Source of the DNA: a virus
Taxonomy: Duplodnaviria > Caudoviricetes
Length of the DNA: 43,264 nt
Direction: 5' to 3' (one strand)
Virus record (IMG/VR): IMGVR_UViG_3300020718_000020
Span: 1-43,264 of that record
Shown here: one piece after another, positions 8,852 to 18,651 of the stretch
Position numbering within the stretch: the stretch's first letter is position 1
Layout of the letters: every line of letters starts with the position of its first letter
Translations under genes and position numbers: made by a program
Notes under the pieces: generated by a model
Seen by the model: only the letters and a program-made list of their open reading frames with translations
Database searches by the model: none
What the model was told of the DNA's origin: nothing

Positions 8852-9081
8852 TATTTCTTAGATTTAAGGTTATTGATTTTACTGCGATTCCATTCTTTGT
8901 TTTCTTCAGGTCTCTTTTCGATTTCTTTTCTAATTAGTTCTCTGATAAATGCTGAGATGGAAATAGGTCTTTCTTCATTTTCAAGTGCATCATTTAAGAT
9001 GATACGATTGAGGATGAAAACCTCTTCTTCGCTTAAAAGCACTTGAAGCTTCTTTGTTAATTTCGTGTTTGTATTTGCCAT
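8851..9081 (-). CDS. Ribbon-helix-helix (CopG-like) DNA-binding protein
   Basis: KKLQVLLSEEE...SISAFIRELIRKE pattern, 76 aa. Confidence 0.6.
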   Translation of the reverse strand: MANTNTKLTKKLQVLLSEEEVFILNRIILNDALENEERPISISAFIRELIRKEIEKRPEENKEWNRSKINNLKSKK

Positions 9082-9120
9082 GTGGGGTATTATGTTATCA
9101 ACATATTATATATTCTTTAC

Positions 9121-9156
9121 AAAAAGAAAGGATGGTCGCAAAGCGTCCATCCTTTT
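9121..9156 (-). terminator. Rho-independent terminator after the tail tube gene
   Basis: AAAGGATGG...CCATCCTTT hairpin followed by a T-run on the minus strand. Confidence 0.75.
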
Positions 9157-9167
9157 CTGATCTTATA

Positions 9168-9722
9168 TTAAGCTAATACTTCCAAGAAAGTATTTGCCTT
9201 CCATTTAACTGTTAAAATTTGCGCTTCAGTAGTTTCGTATGCGTTCTCTTCTAAGAACGGTAAACCTGAGATGATGAAGCAATCTTCTAATGTAACAGTT
9301 CTGTAAATATCTCCAGCTCTGTTATATTCAACTATTACGATTGTTCCAGTGTAATCCTTTTTAAGACCCATGATACCTGTTTGAGGATCTAATTGCTTGT
9401 TGTACCAATCTCTTAGAGTTTTGTACAAGTAAGCTTGATTTGAGTCATTTAAGTTCAATGAGAACTCGATTTCTGGTTCAACTGTTGTATCATCCGGCAT
9501 ACCAGCATAAGAACGTTTAGAGAACTTATACTTTTGATCTACTGGTGTGATTTCCTTGTAAAGATTCAAACCCGTAATTTTGTTAACGTGTTGAAGTAAC
9601 AAAGAAGAGCCTGCAACTCCAGCTGGTGGCAATATAGTAACTTCGAAAAGGTTCGCCTGTACTGGTTCGTACTGCATGCCTTTCTTCGAGGTCTGATCTT
9701 GTGAATAATGTGGTAAAGCCAT
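9168..9722 (-). CDS. gp19: Tail tube protein (gp19-like)
   Basis: 184 aa immediately after the sheath gene. Motifs LRDW...DPQTG.MGLKKDY and YNRAGD. Confidence 0.85.
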   Translation of the reverse strand: MALPHYSQDQTSKKGMQYEPVQANLFEVTILPPAGVAGSSLLLQHVNKITGLNLYKEITPVDQKYKFSKRSYAGMPDDTTVEPEIEFSLNLNDSNQAYLYKTLRDWYNKQLDPQTGIMGLKKDYTGTIVIVEYNRAGDIYRTVTLEDCFIISGLPFLEENAYETTEAQILTVKWKANTFLEVLA

Positions 9723-9751
9723 TTTATTTGTGTTATATTTTTATCTATTTA

Positions 9752-12364
9752 TTAAGAAAAGTTTCCAGTTGAGATTGCACCTGTATTAAGAACTGTGGTT
9801 CTTTGTACGATAATCTCTAAACCTTTAACTGGTTCAACGAATGTATCTAAAATACCCATGTTGTTATCGATAACGTCTTGCGTATTATTAGTTTGATCCA
9901 TTACGTTTTTGAAGTCATAAACTCCATTATCAGCTTTAAGACCGGTCATGAATGAATCGGCTAAAGTTTTGATTTCTAATCTTGTTTGTGCTGTGTTAAA
10001 TTCAAACACATAGTTTTTCAAGATCTTAGCCAAACCTTCTTCGATGTAAATCAATACCTCTCTTACGTGTGCAGAAGAAAGTGCTGATTTAACCGATTGC
10101 TGACCTGTTTTATTACCAGTAATAACTGAACCTACTCCTCTTTGGAATACAATCGGATTGATACCGAATGGTTCTAAGATGTCTCTGTCTGCTTTACTGA
10201 ATGGATATTCAACTCCAGTTACATTGATTCCAGATACAACCCCTCTTCTTGGACCTGCAACGATTGACCATGGTAATGCGTTGAAGTATTTGTCGATATA
10301 GTTGTTTGATACGTAAGCTGCTGGTGGAACTGTAAAGCTCTTACCATTTTCAGTTACGGTTAAACCTGGACCGTAGTAGAATGCATAGTTAGCTCCATTG
10401 TTAATAGAAGGTAATGCATAGAAGTTAGTTGGATTCATATCCAAGTTACCACCGTCTGCTACGTATTGAGTTTGGAAAGTACCATTTGCATCTTTAAATG
10501 AAGGGTTCGTAGATTTTTTGAAATCTGCTACTGTCGGCGCATTTAAGATAGCTGATACGTTTTGTCTTTGACTCGCTAAGTATGAAAGTTCTTGTTTGTT
10601 TAAGATACCAACTGATGCATCAAATGATGCGAATGTATCAACAACATATCTGTAATCAATTAAATCTTTATCGATTAAGGCATCATATAAATTAGTTCCA
10701 ACCAATTGTGAAAGAACTCCAGATATTGTTTTAGCTGAAACCAATGCTGCAGATAAAATAAATGGTTTGTAAACTGTAGTTGCATCTTCAAAAGATAGAA
10801 CGTAGTTACCAGGCCATGATGCTGCTGCATCTCTATCACAAGTTACTGTGTAAGTTGTGATGCTTCCTGCAGTTACTGATGAAACTCTTAATACTTTTGC
10901 CAATCTTCCTGCAACTGCTGAATTAACGTAATTTCCCTTTTTGATTGGAAAGTTAATTGGAGTACCATAATGTCCTGTCATATCGAAAGTTGCAGTGAAC
11001 TGACCGTTTCCGATAGCTGCGTAGGTACCTGTTACTGGTCCTGCTACGAAATCATACTGTGGATATTTAGGAATATTGATATTGTATGTGTAAATTGTAT
11101 GAGATCCTCCAGTTGTATCGATTCCTCCATATATTGAATTGATTGCTTCAGAGCATTGAATGATAGTAACTCCTGCTGTAAATTCAGTATGAATTATCTC
11201 TGCGTATTCGTTGGTTAAACCAGCCTTTAAGAAAAGATCTCCTACTTGAATAACCCCAGTCGCATCATAATTATTGATATGCAATGTATCGTTTGTGTTA
11301 AGCGTAGTTACTATTGAAGTTGTAACTGCAACTCCACCGTTATCTGCCTTTGAAGGTAAAACAATATCGTTTGATGTTACATTAGAATCAATTAAATATG
11401 AAAGTAATTCATAATCCTGATCCTTATCATAAACATGTCCAATCAAATCAACTGCAGTTCCTGTAGAAGAAGTTACTAATGCTGCGTTTACTGCGCAGAA
11501 TAAACCAGTTCTAGAAGATTCGCCATTGATCATTGTTTCTACATATAAATCATTACCTTCAAGATCTTTAAATCCTGCTAATAATGAACCAGTGTACTGA
11601 GCCAATAAAGAAACTTGTCTTAAGTTAGAGAAGTTTGATAATTGATCTGTAATTAAACCTTCGTTTGTGAAATAAGCTCCATAAACTGGATCTGAATTAA
11701 GTGTAGCTGGATCGAATTCGCCTTTGAAAACGAATACATCAACCATAAAGTCTGAAATATAATCGAAATCATTTAGGTAGGCTGGAACGTTACCGTTACC
11801 ATACCATTCTCTTGCAGTGATATCGAATTGTGCTACATTTTGAGCCTTTCTAACGATGATTGTGATTGGATCCTGTTTGATGTTGATAAAGTTTAAAACT
11901 CTATCAGTATCTTGACCGATTGCATTTATAACTTCGATATCTTCTGGGAACCAGAATTTATCTGTGTTATAAAATTCTTCGAAAGGTTTTGTACCACTTT
12001 CAGAATGTAATGTTACAGTTCCAGGATTAGAACCAAAGGTAACTGGTGATTGATATGCAATTAAATCATTGCTATCAATGTTTGCAATGTTTAAAGCAAG
12101 GATTGCTCCTCTGCTTAAAGCATTTTGAGCAGATCTGTGGAAGAACATTCCAGTGCTCTCCAAATTTAAATCAATGTTACCGAATATTCCTTGGAATTCT
12201 TCGATAGTTTGACATAAAACTGGTGTGTTGTAAGGTCCTTTTTTAGAGTGACCAACAACTAATCTGATTGTTTGCGAATTAAAACTAGCGGTGATAGATT
12301 TGTCGAATTCCAATCTGTACACGCCTGAGCTTTTAAAATTAGCTAATTGAGGACTAAGTGCCAT
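9752..12364 (-). CDS. gp18: Contractile tail sheath protein (gp18-like)
   Basis: N-terminal SSGVYRLEFD..GHSKKGP. C-terminal PWSIVAGPRRG, GINPI, VFEFN and DFKNVMDQTNNT..VID. Confidence 0.93.
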   Translation of the reverse strand: MALSPQLANFKSSGVYRLEFDKSITASFNSQTIRLVVGHSKKGPYNTPVLCQTIEEFQGIFGNIDLNLESTGMFFHRSAQNALSRGAILALNIANIDSNDLIAYQSPVTFGSNPGTVTLHSESGTKPFEEFYNTDKFWFPEDIEVINAIGQDTDRVLNFINIKQDPITIIVRKAQNVAQFDITAREWYGNGNVPAYLNDFDYISDFMVDVFVFKGEFDPATLNSDPVYGAYFTNEGLITDQLSNFSNLRQVSLLAQYTGSLLAGFKDLEGNDLYVETMINGESSRTGLFCAVNAALVTSSTGTAVDLIGHVYDKDQDYELLSYLIDSNVTSNDIVLPSKADNGGVAVTTSIVTTLNTNDTLHINNYDATGVIQVGDLFLKAGLTNEYAEIIHTEFTAGVTIIQCSEAINSIYGGIDTTGGSHTIYTYNINIPKYPQYDFVAGPVTGTYAAIGNGQFTATFDMTGHYGTPINFPIKKGNYVNSAVAGRLAKVLRVSSVTAGSITTYTVTCDRDAAASWPGNYVLSFEDATTVYKPFILSAALVSAKTISGVLSQLVGTNLYDALIDKDLIDYRYVVDTFASFDASVGILNKQELSYLASQRQNVSAILNAPTVADFKKSTNPSFKDANGTFQTQYVADGGNLDMNPTNFYALPSINNGANYAFYYGPGLTVTENGKSFTVPPAAYVSNNYIDKYFNALPWSIVAGPRRGVVSGINVTGVEYPFSKADRDILEPFGINPIVFQRGVGSVITGNKTGQQSVKSALSSAHVREVLIYIEEGLAKILKNYVFEFNTAQTRLEIKTLADSFMTGLKADNGVYDFKNVMDQTNNTQDVIDNNMGILDTFVEPVKGLEIIVQRTTVLNTGAISTGNFS

Positions 12365-12417
12365 AATTTTTCTAAGTATTTTTTCTTAATCTATATATCT
12401 AATGACTAATTCATTTG

Positions 12418-14244
12418 TTATAATAGGTCGTAAATATCGTATTGTAAATCTCCCTGGGTACTATTATCTTTAAATAGTATCGTTTCCATAAATTCATGCA
12501 ATTGTGGATCAATAATATCTAATAGCTCTTCTACAATATCGGCATAATCGGTTGTACTGAAGAATTCAGTTGCAATGATCGAAGACATGATCGCATCATC
12601 ATGCCCCATTTGGGCTCCGTAACTTCCATTCTTTAGGGTACCGAATAGACTGGCCTCGTTTACCGTTTCAATATCTGAGATCGTCAATCTGTTTGCCTCG
12701 ATCAATTTTTTAAAGTTTTGGCAAAATACAGCCTTGTTATCTGATTTTAATCTGATACCAGGGCTTAAGGTTCTGGAATCATGACGGTGTTTAAATCTAA
12801 GTACCATATCATCCTCAAATTCATTTCGTTGAGGAAAAACTGTCGACATATATTTTAATAGGATCGAACCGTATGTGTTGTACTCGATCACAATCTTTAC
12901 GTTTTCTGGGTTAAAGATTTCACATGATAGAGTATACAATATCTTTGCAAAGTCTTCAATAACATGTTCATTTGATTTAAAGATCGCAACCTGTTCTAAT
13001 TTAAAAAAGTCGTACATCGCTCCTGGATTTAAAACATTCTCGATGCTCTTTTTATCCATTGGTTTTACTTCAAATATATTGATGATTGAATAATCTCCTC
13101 CATTTCCTTCGGCAATATCTACGGTAAATACAAAGAACTTTTCTTCGCTTGCGCATTCTTCGACATCAAAGTTTGGATTCCAGGCTAAGAAACCCTTTAC
13201 GTCGATGTGTATGTTATCAAAATCATCTAATTCATGATTCACGTATTTCTTTGCATTTTTTCTTAACACCTTCATCGATGCTGGAGATAACAATAATGAA
13301 GACGAACTTACGAATTCATTACCATATTGTCTATTGAATGCATCTTCAGAACCAAGGTTTCTAAGTTCTCTTTGATACCATGCATCGTCTCTTTCCGGGT
13401 GTTGCCACCAATCAATACGCATTGGAGTGTATGCATTATCTCCTTTTTCAGCAGCCGTATAAATTTCATAGAATTTATTAAATCCATTCGGTGTTGAAGT
13501 GATATTGATACGCGAAATCTTAGAGGCTGAAAGCGTTGGATAAACGTTTTCATAGAATGAATCTACGATGCTTGAGTGGATATGCGCAAACTCATCCAGA
13601 TATAAATTGTGAATTGTAAAACCGATACCAGCCTTTGCTGTTGTTGATTGTCCTACAAGTCTACAACCATTATCAGCTCTTACGTTCATCACGTCATACT
13701 TAATAATACCTGGTTTCATGTAAAACGGCATGTGCTCGATTACGACCTTTGCCTTATCGATAATTTCTTTCGTTGAATCTGCTTTATTGGCTAATAGTAA
13801 GGTTGTTTTATCGTAATTGAAAGTAATAAACCACGCGTTAAAAATAGATGCCGTTACGGTTTTACCCATTTGACGAGATGCCAGAACAATATTAAATCTA
13901 TTGTTTTGTAAATTGCGTAGCATTTCTTTTTGATAGTCACGCAATATAACTTGCTTGATACCATCATCTGTCATTACCACTGCATATTTCTCTGCAAAGT
14001 ACACGATATCATTTGCACATCGTGCTAGTTCTTGGATCTCTTCGTCGGTATATTCAAATACAATATTACCTTTACGCAAGTGTTGTTTACCTTCATAGAA
14101 TGGTGCACTTACATTTGGTCGATATCCTTTGTCAATTGCTACAATATAGTCATTAACGGTTTTTGTCGACCAAACCAATTTAGTTGTTTGGATATCTGTC
14201 GATTCTTTTGGAATCCACACATTATCACTAGAAAATTCTGCCAT
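12418..14244 (-). CDS. gp17: Terminase large subunit (gp17-like)
   Basis: LRDYQ, Walker A SRQMGKT, Walker B YLDEFAH, ITSTPNG, nuclease VDIAEGNGGDYS and HDD. Confidence 0.96.
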   Translation of the reverse strand: MAEFSSDNVWIPKESTDIQTTKLVWSTKTVNDYIVAIDKGYRPNVSAPFYEGKQHLRKGNIVFEYTDEEIQELARCANDIVYFAEKYAVVMTDDGIKQVILRDYQKEMLRNLQNNRFNIVLASRQMGKTVTASIFNAWFITFNYDKTTLLLANKADSTKEIIDKAKVVIEHMPFYMKPGIIKYDVMNVRADNGCRLVGQSTTAKAGIGFTIHNLYLDEFAHIHSSIVDSFYENVYPTLSASKISRINITSTPNGFNKFYEIYTAAEKGDNAYTPMRIDWWQHPERDDAWYQRELRNLGSEDAFNRQYGNEFVSSSSLLLSPASMKVLRKNAKKYVNHELDDFDNIHIDVKGFLAWNPNFDVEECASEEKFFVFTVDIAEGNGGDYSIINIFEVKPMDKKSIENVLNPGAMYDFFKLEQVAIFKSNEHVIEDFAKILYTLSCEIFNPENVKIVIEYNTYGSILLKYMSTVFPQRNEFEDDMVLRFKHRHDSRTLSPGIRLKSDNKAVFCQNFKKLIEANRLTISDIETVNEASLFGTLKNGSYGAQMGHDDAIMSSIIATEFFSTTDYADIVEELLDIIDPQLHEFMETILFKDNSTQGDLQYDIYDLL

Positions 14245-14248
14245 AGGA

Positions 14249-14911
14249 TTAATCTTCTTCGTTTATTTCAAAAGCACTTACGTCTTCGATCTCTTCTTCT
14301 TCGATCTTTCCAGCGTTCTTAATCAATCTCATTAGATCTTTGGTACCACGTTGAACATTTCCATTTTCAATGGATCCACCAGAACTGGTAATCTCTTGCT
14401 TATCAATGTTCTTGCGATACATTTCAATATCCCTAGCAATACGCTTGGTTGATTCTTCAGTTGCCATTAAATACATTGTCTGCGATTTAATGATGTCCAA
14501 CATTGATTTTTGTAATGTAGCTAGTACCTCAAACATTCTTGGAGAAAGTTCTCCATCTTCGATGGTTTCTAATAGAGTTGTTAGGGCTCTTTCACCTGCC
14601 TGTAATTGATACACTAAAGAGGACATCGTCATCTCATCCATCTTTTTCTTTGCAATTAGGTACTCATCTTTGGTGATGATTTCCTCATCAAGATAAAACT
14701 TCATTAAGGCAGTGATGGTTTTTTCGGCCTGCTTTTGGGCTCCTGCCTTCATTTCACTGAAATTAGCTGGAGTCTTTATTCTAGCTGGAGGAAGTTCTGG
14801 ATCTTTGTTAACAATATCTGTGATGCTATCATCTGAACCTATTAATTCATCCAACTCTCTACGAATATCATCGGCCTGTTCGCTGATGCTTCTATTCTTT
14901 TCTTCCGACAT
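14249..14911 (-). CDS. Hypothetical protein, candidate terminase small subunit
   Basis: Helical 220-aa ORF directly upstream of the large subunit. The SPRMFEVLATL segment resembles gp16-like proteins. Confidence 0.5.
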   Translation of the reverse strand: MSEEKNRSISEQADDIRRELDELIGSDDSITDIVNKDPELPPARIKTPANFSEMKAGAQKQAEKTITALMKFYLDEEIITKDEYLIAKKKMDEMTMSSLVYQLQAGERALTTLLETIEDGELSPRMFEVLATLQKSMLDIIKSQTMYLMATEESTKRIARDIEMYRKNIDKQEITSSGGSIENGNVQRGTKDLMRLIKNAGKIEEEEIEDVSAFEINEED

Positions 14912-14942
14912 ATTATAATATTATTTAGAGTATGTATCAGTG

Positions 14943-16886
14943 TTATCTTGGGTTTCTGAACTTTTGGAAACCTAGGCTTGGGATTGCATTATCTATGATC
15001 GTTGCTAATTGAGCATCCCTAACAACATATTGATTTAATACGTTATTGTGTTGCTCAAATTCAACCGGTTCCTGGAACAATCTTAAATTAGTTAAGTACA
15101 GATTGGCTCCTCTGATATTGTAATTTGTGTTTGAATTCCATGAGAAAGCCTGCGCAACATCCAGTATTTGAGAATAAACTGGTACCAAATTATCGTTTCC
15201 GCTCTGTGGAAGTCCCGTATAATTTATTGATGGATCTAATGAATAAACATACGTTGAAAGTTGTTTAAAATCATTGCTACCATTTATAATTACTGCGTAC
15301 CATAATGCTGGATTAAACGTAATTCCATGCATGAAAGGATATACAATTCCGTTTACCTTTACATTAAATTGTTGAGGGGTTAATGTGATTTGGAATCCTA
15401 TTGCGGCATCATAATCTCCAAAGATGAAATCTTCACCTGCATAACCGGTTGGGAAATGCGGTTGCATCCAAAATGTAACTGCAAAGTTTTGAGTGTTTGT
15501 TAACTGACTCATCATTGCATATTCCATCGCAGTTGAATTCTTTGTAACCTGCGTTAAATCGTAATAGTTTTTAGAAACAACTGTCCATCTATTTAATAAA
15601 CTATAGTCTACAATATTAATCAATTTGTCTTGGAAAATTCTAATTCCATCTCTATAAGAAGTTGTAACTGTTTGATATTGCATCGGTTTTGTATCTTTCT
15701 CGTAGGTCTCTTTAATCTCTGCACCAAATACTTCTTCAATACCCGTAACAAATGAATCCGTTGCATCGTCGAACATTCCCTGATTGACCTCTGTTTGTTC
15801 TTGGTATTTCACCAATTTGATCTTCCAATAAGATTTTGTTGCATTGAAACGATCACCCAATGAAATGCTATTGATCATGTACATTTTGTTAATGATTGGA
15901 ATGAACATGTAGTCTCTTTCTCTAGGCTGCTTTTTATAACCGAACGCTCTTTCAAATTCGTCCCTTACAATATGAATTTCAAACTCTTCGAATTCAATTC
16001 CAAACATATCATAGCTTAGGGTAGATTCCTGAGGAAATTCATTATCTGGAACCAAGATCTTTACATTTTGTTGGTCAACAACATTAAATAAAGAGTATTC
16101 CATTAGGATCACATCTTTCGTTCTTAGATCCGGTTCAGTTCTAAAATAGGTAACCTGATGTCCAAAGATATCGCTTACCAATTTTGACATTTGCAAATAA
16201 ACTTGCTGTGCCTTATTTAAATTATATGGTTGAAATAAATTATCGTACTCACATGTAATTCTTACGGTTGCGCATCCAGAATAAAGAAATGGATCTGTAC
16301 AGTCCAAACATAACTGAGGACATGATTCGATGATTCCATTATCGGTTTGCACGGTATAAGTTACCGCAATAAATATCAATGAATTTCCGGGTTGAATTGT
16401 ATTTACCTCTGCTTTAACATCAAGGTATAAAGGTTCTCTTGGATTAAAATTCATACTCAACAAGTCTCCAAAATCCTTTTGTTTGTTCAATTCATGAAAT
16501 TCATTGAACGTGTTATTTGTTGTTGAGAATCTAAATTCGTATGTAAAATTGTTATATTGATTTGTGCTTCTATAAAATTTAACGTTCACTACCGAAGTTG
16601 GTGATGGATTAATTAATTCAATTTTATTAGAGTCTACTATATGATCGATTGCCAATGATAAATTTCCGACAATAATAATATCTCCATTGTTTAGATTAGA
16701 AAAATTAGTACCAAGGCCTATAACCGTCGTACTTCCTGCATTCAAAGTTACAGTTCCAACTGTTGTTGAATCTGATAGACCTGCCAAGATTTCCCAATCA
16801 ATAACGTTTGTTACGTTTTTGTATGGTTCTTTAACAGAAGCTATTAGGTAGTCGCCGTACTCGTTTGCAGTATTTCCTTTAATCAT
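14943..16886 (-). CDS. Neck protein (gp14-like) with N- and C-terminal extra domains
   Basis: Central FGHQVTYF...FGIEFEE.EIHI...F...P.ERDYMFIP..NKMY core. C-terminal FAVTFW...WYAVII...LTNLRLF resembles a LamG-like fold. Confidence 0.65.
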   Translation of the reverse strand: MIKGNTANEYGDYLIASVKEPYKNVTNVIDWEILAGLSDSTTVGTVTLNAGSTTVIGLGTNFSNLNNGDIIIVGNLSLAIDHIVDSNKIELINPSPTSVVNVKFYRSTNQYNNFTYEFRFSTTNNTFNEFHELNKQKDFGDLLSMNFNPREPLYLDVKAEVNTIQPGNSLIFIAVTYTVQTDNGIIESCPQLCLDCTDPFLYSGCATVRITCEYDNLFQPYNLNKAQQVYLQMSKLVSDIFGHQVTYFRTEPDLRTKDVILMEYSLFNVVDQQNVKILVPDNEFPQESTLSYDMFGIEFEEFEIHIVRDEFERAFGYKKQPRERDYMFIPIINKMYMINSISLGDRFNATKSYWKIKLVKYQEQTEVNQGMFDDATDSFVTGIEEVFGAEIKETYEKDTKPMQYQTVTTSYRDGIRIFQDKLINIVDYSLLNRWTVVSKNYYDLTQVTKNSTAMEYAMMSQLTNTQNFAVTFWMQPHFPTGYAGEDFIFGDYDAAIGFQITLTPQQFNVKVNGIVYPFMHGITFNPALWYAVIINGSNDFKQLSTYVYSLDPSINYTGLPQSGNDNLVPVYSQILDVAQAFSWNSNTNYNIRGANLYLTNLRLFQEPVEFEQHNNVLNQYVVRDAQLATIIDNAIPSLGFQKFRNPR

Positions 16887-17347
16887 TATGCGGTTGCGTT
16901 ATTATCTGATACAGTATTTATACCATTTTGCCCTGATTGAGTTGCAAGTACCACGCTATCCTCAGATTTATAAACCTCTCCAGCGATCCAAGATGCGATG
17001 AAACCGGTAAGTGATACGAAATAAATTGAAAGATCGTTTAGATTTGCGTTAAATTGGATGGCTCCAAATCCTGCAATTGCCCAAAGAGCAACAATTACAT
17101 AAATCATTATTTCTCTACGTGAAGTTGGACCAGGTGCAAAGATGCTGGTTTTTTCGCTGGGTCTCTTTGATTCTCCCCAAACGTATGTTGCGACGTATGC
17201 TGTAAGTGATCCGAAATATGTTGCGAGTGATGTAAAATTTGAGTGTTTGTAACCACCAAAAACACCAGTAATAATCCAAAGTCCTAAAACAATGTATACT
17301 AGAGCTTCTCTTTTACCAAAATTAGAAATGGTCTCTTTCAATGACAT
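16886..17347 (-). CDS. Four-transmembrane membrane protein with internal duplication (holin candidate)
   Basis: Two similar halves: KREALVY..LW...YFGSLT..GE and RREIMIY..LW...YFVSLT..GE. Confidence 0.55.
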   Translation of the reverse strand: MSLKETISNFGKREALVYIVLGLWIITGVFGGYKHSNFTSLATYFGSLTAYVATYVWGESKRPSEKTSIFAPGPTSRREIMIYVIVALWAIAGFGAIQFNANLNDLSIYFVSLTGFIASWIAGEVYKSEDSVVLATQSGQNGINTVSDNNATA

Positions 17348-17386
17348 GACAATACAAATTATTTTCTGTATATATCACAATAAAAA

Positions 17387-18040
17387 TTAGTAGTCCGTAA
17401 CCAATAAAACTTCGGGATTGTCTCCTTCCATTTTAGGCTCGATCGTATCCAATAGGATTCCAATACATTCTACAAGCTCATTGTCAAAATCTAGAGCATT
17501 TGCCTCCATCCACATCTCTAATTTATCCAGCATATCTGATAATTTATGCCTCTTGTATGGTTTTCCTTTAGAAAGAAGATCTATTGAATATAAAATTTTA
17601 TTGATGCCTTCGAAATCTTCGTCTTCATCAAAGATATTGTATAGTCTAAATGTTGCATGTAGTATTTTATAACTGAAACTGATTCTTTTCTCTCCAGTGC
17701 CATCTGCTACCAAACGAGAATAGTTTTTACTTTTATCCAACGTCAATTTTACCCATTTCAAATGCTTCATTTGTGAAAGCATCAAATGCATAAAATAAAT
17801 TGAGTTGGCATCCTTGTGCAAAAATTCAGATCCAATTGACTTGAATTTATTAAGTTCATTTGGATATGCCTGATCGATATAATCCTTTAACAAAGTTGGG
17901 GATATCAGGACTGATTGCTCATTTACTGGGATGAAGTCCATTTTATTTTTGACTCCAGTCCAAATTTTATTGTCGTAATAGTTATACTTATATAGTATGA
18001 TGTCTATTACATCTACGGTATCGGTAGTTGAGAAGTCCAT
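17387..18040 (-). CDS. Hypothetical protein
   Basis: 217-aa ORF, translationally coupled to the upstream gene (TAATG). No recognised motif. Confidence 0.7.
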   Translation of the reverse strand: MDFSTTDTVDVIDIILYKYNYYDNKIWTGVKNKMDFIPVNEQSVLISPTLLKDYIDQAYPNELNKFKSIGSEFLHKDANSIYFMHLMLSQMKHLKWVKLTLDKSKNYSRLVADGTGEKRISFSYKILHATFRLYNIFDEDEDFEGINKILYSIDLLSKGKPYKRHKLSDMLDKLEMWMEANALDFDNELVECIGILLDTIEPKMEGDNPEVLLVTDY

Positions 18041-18465
18041 TAATAAACTTTGATTGATGCTTCTATTTTTTTAAGTTCAACATAAAGATCGTTTTTGGCA
18101 AAGCTTTTAAGTTCAGCAAACTCTCTTTTACCAATTTCATTCTTACGAATAAAAAGTTCTATTGCTTCTTCACTAGGTATGTATTCGCTTTTTTCTTTTG
18201 TGGAAGAGCTAGCCTTTGTTTTTGTGTATACCCATGCCGGAACACTTGTAAATCTTTGTGCTACTAAACTCCAACAATCAATAACAGATGCACCATTAAT
18301 GCCATTCTTATTAAATAACTGGGCATTTGCAGGAAACTTAATTGAAAAGAAACGTTGAATCATAAAATGATGGCGTTTCTTCGTATGCTGTTTTATTTCT
18401 TTATAGTCCTTTGGCTTTGTAAACATAATCTTTACAAAGTCAAATAATTTTGTTTCGTCTAACAT
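18040..18465 (-). CDS. Hypothetical protein, possibly clamp loader small subunit (gp62-like)
   Basis: 141 aa. LFDFVK...FMIQRFFS weakly recalls gp62, and the gene lies in the clamp loader operon. Confidence 0.4.
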   Translation of the reverse strand: MLDETKLFDFVKIMFTKPKDYKEIKQHTKKRHHFMIQRFFSIKFPANAQLFNKNGINGASVIDCWSLVAQRFTSVPAWVYTKTKASSSTKEKSEYIPSEEAIELFIRKNEIGKREFAELKSFAKNDLYVELKKIEASIKVY

Positions 18466-18471
18466 CTTTAA

Positions 18472-18651
18472 TTATTTAACCCATTCATGAAATGCCATTT
18501 GGTATGCTGCCAATGGATTAATTGATTCCAAATCTTCTTGCATAATTTGCTGTGCTGTCCAATCTACTTCATATCTCAAACCAACCGCATTGGCCTCTAA
18601 TAAAATCAATTCGATTTGTTCTTGCTCTTCTATGGTTGGTTTAACGCTCAT
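18472..18651 (-). CDS. Small acidic hypothetical protein (59 aa, not in the supplied ORF track)
   Basis: MSVKPTIEEQEQIELILLEANAVGLRYEVDWTAQQIMQEDLESINPLAAYQMAFHEWVK. ATG overlaps the RNase H stop (TAATG) and the ORF fills the gap. Confidence 0.75.
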   Translation of the reverse strand: MSVKPTIEEQEQIELILLEANAVGLRYEVDWTAQQIMQEDLESINPLAAYQMAFHEWVK

